Origin: Heterodontus francisci
Lineage: Eukaryota
Assembly (NCBI RefSeq): GCF_036365525.1
Contig: NC_090378.1
Coordinates: forward strand, 117,537,593 to 117,601,592
Reading direction: 5' to 3'
Length of the DNA: 64,000 bases
Position numbers and translations under genes: made by a program. The first letter of the stretch is position 1. The number at the start of each line of letters is the position of its first letter. The notes beneath the pieces are model-generated. The model was not told the DNA's origin. It saw only the letters and a program-made list of their open reading frames with translations, and made no database searches. Shown here in pieces: positions 54,272 through 64,000 of this stretch.

Positions 54272-54299
54272 GGTTTTTGTACGGCTCTGTCTCACTGTG
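54272..54299 (-). promoter_or_regulatory. V recombination signal sequence, 12-bp spacer, perfect consensus
   Basis: CACAGTG (54299-54293), 12-bp spacer, ACAAAAACC (54280-54272). The V-12/J-23 arrangement is kappa-type. Confidence 0.97.
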
Positions 54300-54597
54300 T
54301 AGGGGCTGCTGCTATATTGCTGACAGTAATAATCTGCGACATCCTCATTCTGTACATTACTGATTGTCAGAGTGAATTTGAGGTTCTGTTGACTGCCGGT
54401 GAACCGTTCCGATATTCCTGTGTATCGAGTTGTTGCACCATAGATCAGGAGAGTGGGTTTCTGACCGTCTCGCTGCTGATACCAAGCTGCATACTTGCTC
54501 ACGGACTGGCTGGCCGTACAGGTGATCGTTGCGGTCTGTCCCAGTGTCACTGACAGTGCCGGTGGAGACTGGGTCATGATGATGTCTCCACTGATAC
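54300..54597 (-). CDS. IGKV: Ig light-chain V exon (end of leader plus V domain), unrearranged
   Basis: Acceptor TACCCCTCAG at 54598; (G)[98 protein letters not shown]; canonical Cys, WYQQ and DxADYYC; no stops. Confidence 0.97.
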
Positions 54598-54783
54598 CTG
54601 AGGGGTAATAGAGAAACAGAGTGAAGTAAGAACTGTCACAGAAAGACCCTGTAAAATGAGATATTATTGGAGACAGTGACCGCTCCTCTTGTTTCAGCAT
54701 TTTCCCTCCAATCACAAGTCAGCAGAATTGGACTGAAATAAACAGCAGGAAAATATTAACCGTGGAAGGAGAGAGATTTGTAT

Positions 54784-54832
54784 CTGCCACGCAGAATGCC
54801 AGAGGCCAGATCAGCTGGATGGGTGAAATCAT
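54784..54832 (-). CDS. Ig light-chain leader exon with non-canonical donor
   Basis: ACC ATG Kozak context; MISPIQLIWPLAFCVA+G (49 nt, phase 1, in frame with the V exon), followed by ATACAAAT instead of GT. Confidence 0.88.
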
Positions 54833-54892
54833 GGTGTCTGCTCCTGTCTCTGTGCCTGGTTACTGATAAACTCTCCCTTCACTGGGCTCTGC

Positions 54893-54972
54893 TTTATAAA
54901 GCTGCAGCCTGTGAGAGTCTGACTGCCTGTTTCTCAGTATGTAAATGGTATCACCCAGAGAAAGGCACGTCA
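54893..54972 (-). promoter_or_regulatory. V promoter: TATA box, variant octamer, CRE-like site
   Basis: TATAAA at 54898-54893; ATTTACAT at 54946-54939 (one mismatch from ATTTGCAT); TGACGTG at 54972-54966. Confidence 0.65.
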
Positions 54973-54979
54973 GCAACTC

Positions 54980-55300
54980 TCACTTCCTCTTCTCTCTCCC
55001 TCTTCCCCCCTCTCTCACTCTCCCTCTCCTCCCTCCCTCTTTCCCTCTTCCTCTGTCTCCCTCTCTTCCTCTCCCTCTCCTCCCTCCCTCTTCCTCACTC
55101 TCCCTCTCCTCCCTCTCTTCCTCTTCCTCACTCTCCCTCTCCTCCTTCTCTTCCACTTCCTCTGTCTCCCTCTCTCACTATCCCTCTCCCTCACTCACTC
55201 TCTTTCTCTCCCCTTCTGTCTATCCTTGTCTCTGTTTTGCTCTTTTGTACTCTTTCTTTGTCATCCTCTCTTAATGCCTCTCTCTCTCTGTTACTCTGTC
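54980..55300. repeat. Polypyrimidine (CT) low-complexity tract upstream of the V promoter
   Basis: Almost pure C/T on the plus strand. Confidence 0.85.
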
Positions 55301-55305
55301 TCACT

Positions 55306-56093
55306 GGCCTGGATTTTAAGGCTCCCTCGACATTGTGATCCCAGGTGGGAGATCCTGAAGTTGGCTCCGGATGAGGCCACCACGGACCTTGACGCCGGCA
55401 GAGCCACTCCCAATCCTCCCGGTGACGGGGAGGCTCTGTGCCGACCACCCGGCCGCTGGGCGACAGGACCACAATTTAAACATTTAAATCAATAATATTA
55501 ATGAATTTAAATCTACTCACCCGTGATCTTGAGGGTCCGTCACAGTGTCGCACCTTCAGAACCCTGTCTGGGGAAACAAGGCACCACACTGGTGGGGAGG
55601 TGGGAGCAGGTCAGTTTCTCAGTGCAGGAGTTGGGGGGGAAACGGGGTCAAATAAACAGCAGGATGTAGGGGATGGTGGGAAGGGTGTACTTTAAACTTT
55701 GTGCAGTTTGGTGTGGGGAGGTCATATGTTAAATGTAACTGTTTTGGGGGGAAAGGGAATATAGTTGATGTAATTGTTATGGAGTTGGGTGAGAAAGGGG
55801 AATTGGAACTTTATTGATGTAATTCTGGGAGGAAATCTCTTTAAAAAATGTCAATATCCCGGCAGGACTGACTGCCCTTTAAAAATGGTGTCATTGCCGG
55901 CACACAGGCAGTTGACGCCATTGCCGGGGACGGACAGCCCATCCCCTCCACATGACTGAGGGAGGGGGAGATGTGGCCCACCCCAGCTGGTTCAATGAGC
56001 CTCCGCACTTCAGATCACGATGGCTCTTTGGTGTGCGGCCCACACGGGCAGGCTGTCATTTTGTGAGCTCGCCGACGAGCTCATAGAATCCAG
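55306..56093. mobile_element. MITE-like non-autonomous DNA element with imperfect terminal inverted repeats
   Basis: Starts GGCCTGGATTTTAAGGCTC and ends GAGCTCATAGAATCCAG at the gap. Related ends or bodies at ~16040 (TAAAATCCAGCCC), 56608-57220 and 59500-60260. Confidence 0.55.
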
Positions 56094-58158
56094 NNNNNNN
56101 NNNNNNNNNNNNNNNNNNNNNNNNNNNNNNNNNNNNNNNNNNNNNNNNNNNNNNNNNNNNNNNNNNNNNNNNNNNNNNNNNNNNNNNNNNNNNNNNNNNN
56201 NNNNNNNNNNNNNNNNNNNNNNNNNNNNNNNNNNNNNNNNNNNNNNNNNNNNNNNNNNNNNNNNNNNNNNNNNNNNNNNNNNNNNNNNNNNNNNNNNNNN
56301 NNNNNNNNNNNNNNNNNNNNNNNNNNNNNNNNNNNNNNNNNNNNNNNNNNNNNNNNNNNNNNNNNNNNNNNNNNNNNNNNNNNNNNNNNNNNNNNNNNNN
56401 NNNNNNNNNNNNNNNNNNNNNNNNNNNNNNNNNNNNNNNNNNNNNNNNNNNNNNNNNNNNNNNNNNNNNNNNNNNNNNNNNNNNNNNNNNNNNNNNNNNN
56501 NNNNNNNNNNNNNNNNNNNNNNNNNNNNNNNNNNNNNNNNNNNNNNNNNNNNNNNNNNNNNNNNNNNNNNNNNNNNNNNNCTCTCTCTGTCTCAGTTTTC
56601 GACCCTCTGGGCTGAATTTTACCAGCCCCTCCACTCGCGGGTCACAGCGCTGGGGCAGGTAAAATTATGTGGGGAGTCGCCCGCCTCGACCCCCCGTGTT
56701 GTGGAGAAGGGCTCGCCGCATATTACCAGTGGCGAGGGGACATTGGTGCCACCGCCCACTGCCACTGGTGGCGGGACCTTCATCTCCATATTAAAATGAA
56801 CCTTAATGATATGTAAATAAACTTACCTGCAGGTGCGGCTGTCCCACACCGATTTTACCACCACCGTTCATACCTCGCGCACCTTCGGAACTCCGTACGG
56901 AATTCCGAGGCGGGAACCTGGTGGAGAGCGGGGAGGAATAAAACTTTCAGGGCGGGAGGGGTGGGGGAGCCGGGGAGCGGGGAAAACAATTTTGATTGGA
57001 TGTGGGGATGGTGGGAAGAGGTTGAAGGGTAAAAGATTGAAGGTTGGGGTGAAAGTTCAGGTATTTGAAAAAGCCAGTTGTTGATCATTTCGGGCAATGA
57101 AATGACCATTGGGGAGTTGGGGAAGGGCTTCCATCACAAAGATTTTTATTTAATAAAGTTTTACAATAATACACCTTTATTTAAATGAGCCCCTATGTGT
57201 AATTTCGCAGGGGCTCCGGGACGACACATCTGCACAGTCTCCATCCCGACAACACTCATAAAATTCATCCTTGGATTTCTATCACCCTGTTCGTCCACCT
57301 CTCTGTATCTCTCTCAGTTATACTTTCACCCTCCTCTCCCTCATTGCATATCTGTCTTTCACATTCTTCCCATCTCCCTCTCCCTGTTTTGCTTTCCTCC
57401 CTGTCGCTCTGTCTCTTTCTCATTCTCCCTCATTTCTGGTCTCTCTCTCCCACTGTGTTTCTCTCTCCCTCTTTCCCTGTCTCTATCTCTCTGTCTTTGA
57501 TCCTCTGCCTACTCATCTCTCTCTCCCACCCTCCATTGTTCTGTAATTCTGTAACTGATCTCTATAACAGGAGTCATTACTGGAGACTGGGACACTTTGA
57601 GACCTGGTGCAGCAGTTAAATGTCTCCCCCTCTCTCTTTCTCTCACTCTGTCTCACAGCCTCCACCTCGCTCTCTCTTTCCCACAGTCTGCCAGGTGGAG
57701 CAGTTAAATGAAGGGTAAAACTCCCTCTGCTCTGCCCCATCAATGGATGTTAATTCTTGACCCCAGAAACATGCCTTCTCCTGGAGTAAGGCCCCATTCC
57801 CCACAGTGACCATGCTTTGACCTCTCTCAGTAAGACTGGCAGATTATTGTCAAATTTAGGACAGTTCTGTGCTGTTGGTCTATTCTCACTGGGACTGGTT
57901 TGGACAGAAAGCTCATTTCGTGAAGGCCCAGCAGAGAGAGGAGATCCTCACCCCATCAGTGTGAGCTGGAGGGACAGGACAGGGTCTGACCCACTGCCCC
58001 ATCCTGTCAGCTCATAACATGTTCTAATCCCTTCCCGTCTCCATCCCTTTCCATGGTCAGGCTCCTGGTCATGGAGTTTTACTGGGTTGAGGGGCGGACA
58101 ATCACACATTTACAACATAAAGGAGCTTTACTTCACATCAACCATGGTGACCATGTTC

Positions 58159-58774
58159 CACTGGACCTCCAATAGGGACCAGTAAACATGGGCCTCCTTC
58201 TCACTGGACCTCCAATAGGGAACAGTAAACATGGGCCTCCTTCCCACTGAACCCTCCAATCGGGACCAATAAACATGGGCCTCCTTCCCACTGGACCCTT
58301 CAATAGGGACCAGTAAACATGGGCCTCCTTCCCACTGGGCATCCAATAGGGACCAGTAAACATGGGCCTCCTTCCCACTGGGCCTCCAATAGGGACCAGC
58401 AAACATGGGCCTCCTTCCCACTGGGCCTCCAATAGGGACCAGCAAACATGGGCCTCCTTCCCACTGGGCCTCCAATAGGGACCAGCAAACATGGGCCTCC
58501 TTCCCACTGGGCCTCCAATAGGGACCAGTAATCACGGGCCTCCTTCCCACTGGACCCTCCAATAGGGACCAGTAAACATGGGCCTCCTTCCCACTGGACC
58601 CTCCAATAGGGACCAGTAAACATGGGCCTCCTTCCCACTGGGCATCCAATAGGGACCAGTAAACATGGGCCTCCTTCCCACTGGGCCTCCAGTAGGGCTC
58701 AGTAAACATGGGCCTCCTTCCCACTGGCCCTCCAGTAGGGACCAGCAAACATGGGCCTCCTTCCCACTGGGCCT
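58159..58774. repeat. 43-44 bp minisatellite (~14 units)
   Basis: Unit GGCCTCCAATAGGGACCAGTAAACATGGGCCTCCTTCCCACTG. Confidence 0.95.
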
Positions 58775-61700
58775 AAAGTAGTTGAGCTTCAAACCCCACA
58801 TCCTCTCCATCATGTGAGCCTCTTATTTCTGTCCCCACAACATTGCCCGTCTCTACACTACATCAGCCCCTTGACCACACAAACCCTTATCCCTGCTCAT
58901 CTTGTCTCCAAACTTGATTATTCCCATGTCTGCTGCCGGCTTCTTTCATCCACTCTCCATAAACCCCGACTTGTCTGAAATGCAGTGGTCAGTACACTGT
59001 CTGACACCAAGTGCCGTTCCAACACTACCCCTGACCTCACTGACCTACTACCCTGACCTCACTGACCTCTGTTTCCCTCCTCCCTACCCTCTGCCTCCTG
59101 CTGCAGACTCACATTCCCTCCCTCACTCTTCCATCTTCTAACTCGCCTCTCCTGCCCATCGCTGCTTCCTTCATCCCATCATTGACAGCAGAGCCTTCAG
59201 ATGCCTCGGCCCTGCTCTCTGAACTCCCGCCATTAATCCCTCCCCCTCTCCAGGTCTCTCTCTGCTCCATCAAACTCCATCCTTTCACCCAAGACTTTGA
59301 TCACTCTTCCGAAAGACTCCTCACCCCCTACCCCGTTCCTCTTACTGTGGCTCTGTGAAGCATCTTGTGATGTTTTGTACTTTAAAGGTGCTATATAAAT
59401 GCAAGTTGTGTGTGGATTTCAGGTGGGGACAGAATTGGACACAGTTGTGATGGCCCCTGCAGTCAAATATCCTGCTAACAGGGTTCAGGTTTACACATGT
59501 AGGCTGGGATTTAGTTGAGGTCCCGATGTCGGGATCCGTGGCGGGGGATGGTGGCGGGGACGCCGGAAGATCATTCTGACAGCGGCCGGACACGGAGTCC
59601 GACGCCAGGAGTGTCGGACCCAATCTTCCTGGTGGTGACGTGGCTCCGGGGCGGTCCCTCCGCTGCTGGGTGACGGGATCCGACTTTACATATTTAAATT
59701 AAGTAAATGAATAAATTTAAATAAAATCAACAGCAATCTTCCCGGCTGCCCGCGATCTTCCGAGCGGCGGCCGGCCCTCACACCTTCACTTCCCCGTCCA
59801 GGGAAAACTAGCACCACCGAGGTGGGGATGGGGGGAGACTTAGGATCTTTAGTGCAGTGAGAAGGGGATCAGGGTCCAATCAGCATTAATAGTGTCGGGG
59901 AGGGTGGGAAGGGGTGACCTCTGAACTTTGATCAGTTTGGGGGGAAAGGTCAAGTCTTGCTGGTAAGTGTTTTGTTGGGGGAGAGGAGGACAACCATTAC
60001 ATTTAATTGTTATTGGGGGGAAGGGGCGAGAGTTTATTTTGCAGTTCATTGGGTGGGGAGGGGTTCGGCCATTAAAAATGTAAATGTAGCAGCAGGACTG
60101 GCTGTCCTTTCAAAATGGCACCAGCACCTGTGTAAAGGCAGCTGATGCTGTTGCCAGCGTGGCAGAGCACCCACCCTCCACGTGATTGAGGGGGCAGCAC
60201 GACCATCGTTTTATGTTGGGCCACCGTGCGGTCGATCGTGGTAGCATGGCGGCACGGGGACCACATGTGTGACCATCATATTGTTCACCCACAGAATGGG
60301 GAAGTGGGTGAGGTAGGAATGTGCTGTCGGGGCCCATGGAACTGTTACCCCAGCATGAAGTGTCCCTCAGGAGGGGAGAGGGAATGTTCCGAGTCCTGAG
60401 CTCCATTACCCACACCAGGCATTTTGTCTTCCAATGAATGAATGAGATGCCAATTTCGAGTCCGGGTTAGGGACAGCCTCGTGCTGTGGGCCCAGGTCTA
60501 CAAGAGGGAATTGGAGATAGATCTGAAAAAGAAAGATTTGCTGGGTTATGGGGCTGGAGAGGGGCAGTGGGAGTAATTGGGTAGCTCACAGGCACGATGG
60601 GCTGAATGGCCTCCTTCTGTGCTGTAAAATTCTAGATAGTGTGTGCGGTTCACAGTTTTGTCCCGTGTCATTAACAAACGTCCAGCTGCTCCGAGCTCCT
60701 TCTTTCACTTCCTCTGTTAGTTAAGTTTCAATCTTCCGATCTGACAGTCTTTGCAGTTATTTTTTACATTGGGGATTTCTGCTGTGGTCGGAGTCTCTAA
60801 TAATAACCGTCCAATCAGTGAAAATAACAGCAGCTAAGACCAGTCAGCACTGAGGACCCAGTCTCACTGGGGAACACATTGGGAAGATCAAAGCTGATTG
60901 TCTTCAGTTCCTGGTACAAACTCCATCCCTCTCCCTGAACACTGTCTGCTGCCGAACCAGACTCTTTACAACCTTAGCCTCATCTTTGACCCTGATCTGA
61001 CCCCAAATCCTCCACATCTCAATGATTATCCACTTCCCCCTCTGTAACATTGCCCATCTCTGCCCCTCCCTCACTCCTTCCGCTACTGAAACTCTTCTTC
61101 ATGTCTTTGTCACCTCCAACTTTACTATTCCAGTGCTCTCCTGACCAGACTGCCATCCTCCACTCTCTGTATTCTTCAGCTCATCCGAAGCTCTGCTCTC
61201 TATATCCTGTTCCAAACCAAGTCCTGTTCACCATCACCCCCGTCCATGCTGACCTACATTGGGCTTCCATCCCCAGACACCCTCAAATTTCAATGTAAAA
61301 TTCTACTCTCTGGATTGAAATCCCTCCGTAGTCTGGACCCACCCCCCCATATCTAGAACCTCCTTTAACCTTGGTCTCCTTGAAACACTTCACCCTCCTT
61401 AAAACCCACATCTTTAACCAAGCACTTGGTCACCCTTCCTAATCTCTCTGTATTACTTGTGTCTGTTTTCCTGATGTCATGTGAGGTGGCGTGCGATGTT
61501 TCTCTACATTAAAGAGGTGACTTGTTGCTGATATATATCGATGATTTGGTCTTGGACAGAGGGAGCACGATCATTGGAATGTGCTGATTACACAGAAGGA
61601 GAGGTTTGACAAACAGGGAGGAGAACAGACAAAGACTCGGGGAGAGGGATCAGGGAAGGGACAGATCGGAGACTGACACAATTCAATTTCGAGGGGTTTG

Positions 61701-62019
61701 AGATGATGGGTTTTGGAAGGAAAAGGAGTGAAAAGCTGATGAAGGAAGTGTAGAAGCAGAGAGATCTCGGGTTCAATTACATCATTCCTTGAAAGTGGAA
61801 ATGCAGATCGATAAACCCTTGAATTAAAACAATCAACAGCGTTTGGAAACTAAAAACTACAGATAGTAGAAATCTGAAATCAAAACCGAGAATTCACTAA
61901 ACATTCAGCAGCCTCTCGGGGATTAAACTTCAGGTTTTTATTCAAATTGTACTCAATAAACATGTGAATCTGAGGAGAATACAGGACTATGGGGATAGAG
62001 CAGGGTAGTGGGATTGGGA

Positions 62020-62820
62020 ATATAGGAACAGGAGGAGGCTGTTCAGCCCATCGAGCCTGTTCTATCCTCCAGTTTGATCATCTGATCTGTCTCTGATCTC
62101 CATCTCCCTGCCTTGGTTGCATAACCCACAATACCCCGACCCAACAAAATCTATCAAGTTCATTGTTAAATGTTTAAATTGATCTTCAGCCTCAACAGCT
62201 TTATGAGGGAGAGAGTTCCCGATTTCCACTCGCCTTTATGTGAAGAAATGCCTCCTGACATCACCCCGAGCTCTAATATTAAGATTATGTCCCCTTGTTC
62301 TCGACTCCCCCACCAGAGGAAACAGTTTCTCTCCATCTCTCCGAATCATCTTAATCCTTTATTCATCTTAAATACCTCAATGAGATCATCCCTAAATTCT
62401 CTAAACTCAAGTGACTACAAGCCTAGTCTATACAGTCTGTCCTGATAATTTAACCCTTTCAGTCCCGGTATCATTCTGGTGAATCGGTGCTGCACCCCCT
62501 CCAAGGCCAATCTCTCCTTCCTGAGGTGTGGGGCCCAGAACTGAACACAGTTACTCCAGATGCAGTTAAACCAGAGCTTTATACAACTGGAGTAAAACCC
62601 CTTTGTATTCCAGTCCCGTTGATAGAAAGACCAACATTCCATTAGCCTTATTCAATATGTTTTATACCTGTCACTAGATTTTAATGCTTTCTGTACTTGG
62701 ACCCCTAAATCTCTCTGTTCCTCCACAGTTCCCAGCTTCTCACCATTTAGAAATTACTCTGATTTATCTTTCTCAGGTCCAAACTGGATGACCTCACACT
62801 GTCCACATTGAACTCCATCT
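62020..62820 (-). mobile_element. Old CR1 3' fragment
   Basis: CVQFWAPHLRKERLALEGVQHRFTRMIPGLKGLNYQDRL. Confidence 0.8.
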
Positions 62821-63230
62821 GCCATTGTCTTCGGTCCCCGTCACAAACTCCATTCCCGAGCCACTGATTCCATCCCTCTCCCAGGGACTGTCTGAGACTG
62901 AACCAGGCAGTTCACAGCCATGGTGTTGTATTTGACCCTGAGATGTGTTACTGACCACATAAACCACATCATCATTAAAACCACCTATTTCCACCTCCGT
63001 AACCTCGTCCGAGTCCTCCCTGCCTCAGCTCATCTACTGCTGAAACACTCATCCATGCCTTTGTTACCTCTAGACTTGACTATTCCAATGTTCTCCTGTT
63101 CGCATCACAGTTACCATCCTCTGTAAACTAGAGCTGATCCAAAACTCTGCTGCCCATGTCTGAACCCAGACCATGTCACATTCCCCCATCACTGTGATCA
63201 CTGACCTACATTGGCTCCTGTTCCAGCAAA
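62820..63230 (+). mobile_element. L2-clade LINE fragment
   Basis: TLIHAFVTSRLDYSN...KLELIQNSAA motif; more decayed copies at ~58800-59400 and ~60890-61500. Confidence 0.7.
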
Positions 63231-63826
63231 ACCTCGATGTTGCCTCATCTTGCCTCACATTATCCCGACTCTCTGTCTCCTACCTCCTAACCAATTCCTT
63301 ACCCATGTCAAAAGGTTTCCTCACATTCCATATGCTTCTATTTTGCGAACAGTCTCTTGTGTGGAACCTTCTCAAATGCCTTCTGGAAATCCAAATAAAT
63401 AACATCCATAGACATTCCCTTATCTACCACATTAGTGACCTCTTCAAAAAATACAACTCAATTAGTTAAACATGTTTCACCCTTTTTAAATCCGTGCTGA
63501 CTCTCTCTGATCAGTTTATATTTGTCAGTCATTCTGTCCCTAATAACAGATTCAAATAACTTCCCCACAACAGATATTAAACTGAGATGTTAGTCGTGAA
63601 TTACTCGAGCAAACAGCTGAAAGAGAGACGAGGGGCTGAACGGCCTCCTCCTGTGCTGTAGAATTATACTGCTCTTTGGCTGAAACATGTGGACTGGAAC
63701 AGGAGGTGTGCTGGAGTTTAAACAATGAGTTAAATGTGGACGTAGTGTCATTAGTGGGTAATGCAAAGTCTGCATTGTGTCCATTGACCGTCTCTAAAAG
63801 ATGTCTTTCTCTTTTTCCCTTTTCAG

Positions 63827-63917
63827 GTCCAGGGCTGTAATTAAGGAGCTGAAAGAATATTTAGTGAAGAAGTTTCCGGACTGTGCGGTGTGTGTGAAGG
63901 TGTTCGGCAGTGACTGA
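63827..63917 (+). CDS. Candidate terminal coding exon of an unidentified gene
   Basis: Strong acceptor CTTTCTCTTTTTCCCTTTTCAG, then SRAVIKELKEYLVKKFPDCAVCVKVFGSD* in non-repetitive sequence. Confidence 0.4.
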
Positions 63918-64000
63918 CGATTACAGCTCCTTGTTCAGTCTGCTCCGCCCTCACCACTGATCAAGCAATGTAACCTCCTGTCACACCGAGTGAAATTACA

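Noticed and set aside
54212-54715. Single-exon 167-aa V protein as given in the ORF track
   Set aside because: The ORF runs through intron, RSS and satellite sequence; the real V exon is 54300-54597.
34508-54832. Germline-joined VJ, D segments, or heavy-chain/IgNAR/TCR identity
   Set aside because: V and J are separate with 12/23 RSSs, no D was found, J has FGxG, and the single C exon ends in SECV* as expected for a light chain.
58128-58813. Repetitive ORFs (up to 206 aa)
   Set aside because: Translations of the 43-44 bp minisatellite.

Overview
Eukaryotic, repeat-rich DNA from a cartilaginous fish (shark-type SINEs/LINEs; species not determinable here), with two N gaps (39416-39563, 56094-56580). 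The core is one unrearranged, cluster-type immunoglobulin light-chain locus of the kappa (elasmobranch type III/NS4-like) class on the minus strand: promoter, leader exon (54784-54832), V exon with a perfect 12-RSS, one J with a 23-RSS, and a C exon (34508-34836). The cluster is unusual in several ways. V and J are about 15.4 kb apart, separated by a CT/GT repeat, a nested CR1/SINE insertion and an ~11.2 kb 61-bp satellite that ends 5 bp from the V nonamer. The satellite consensus unit reads as a cryptic 23-spacer RSS, and nine units carry a perfect heptamer. The leader splice donor is AT rather than GT, and an untrimmed V-J join would create TAG. A second satellite (45 bp, ~6.7 kb) lies just 3' of C. 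The rest of the window is mostly decayed transposons (Harbinger, ERV with env remnant, Gypsy, CR1, L2-like, RTE, SINEs, MITEs), plus an isolated Bcl-2 BH3-like fragment and two orphan exon candidates. No CRISPR, rRNA or genuine tRNA genes were seen. All coordinates and counts were read by eye.
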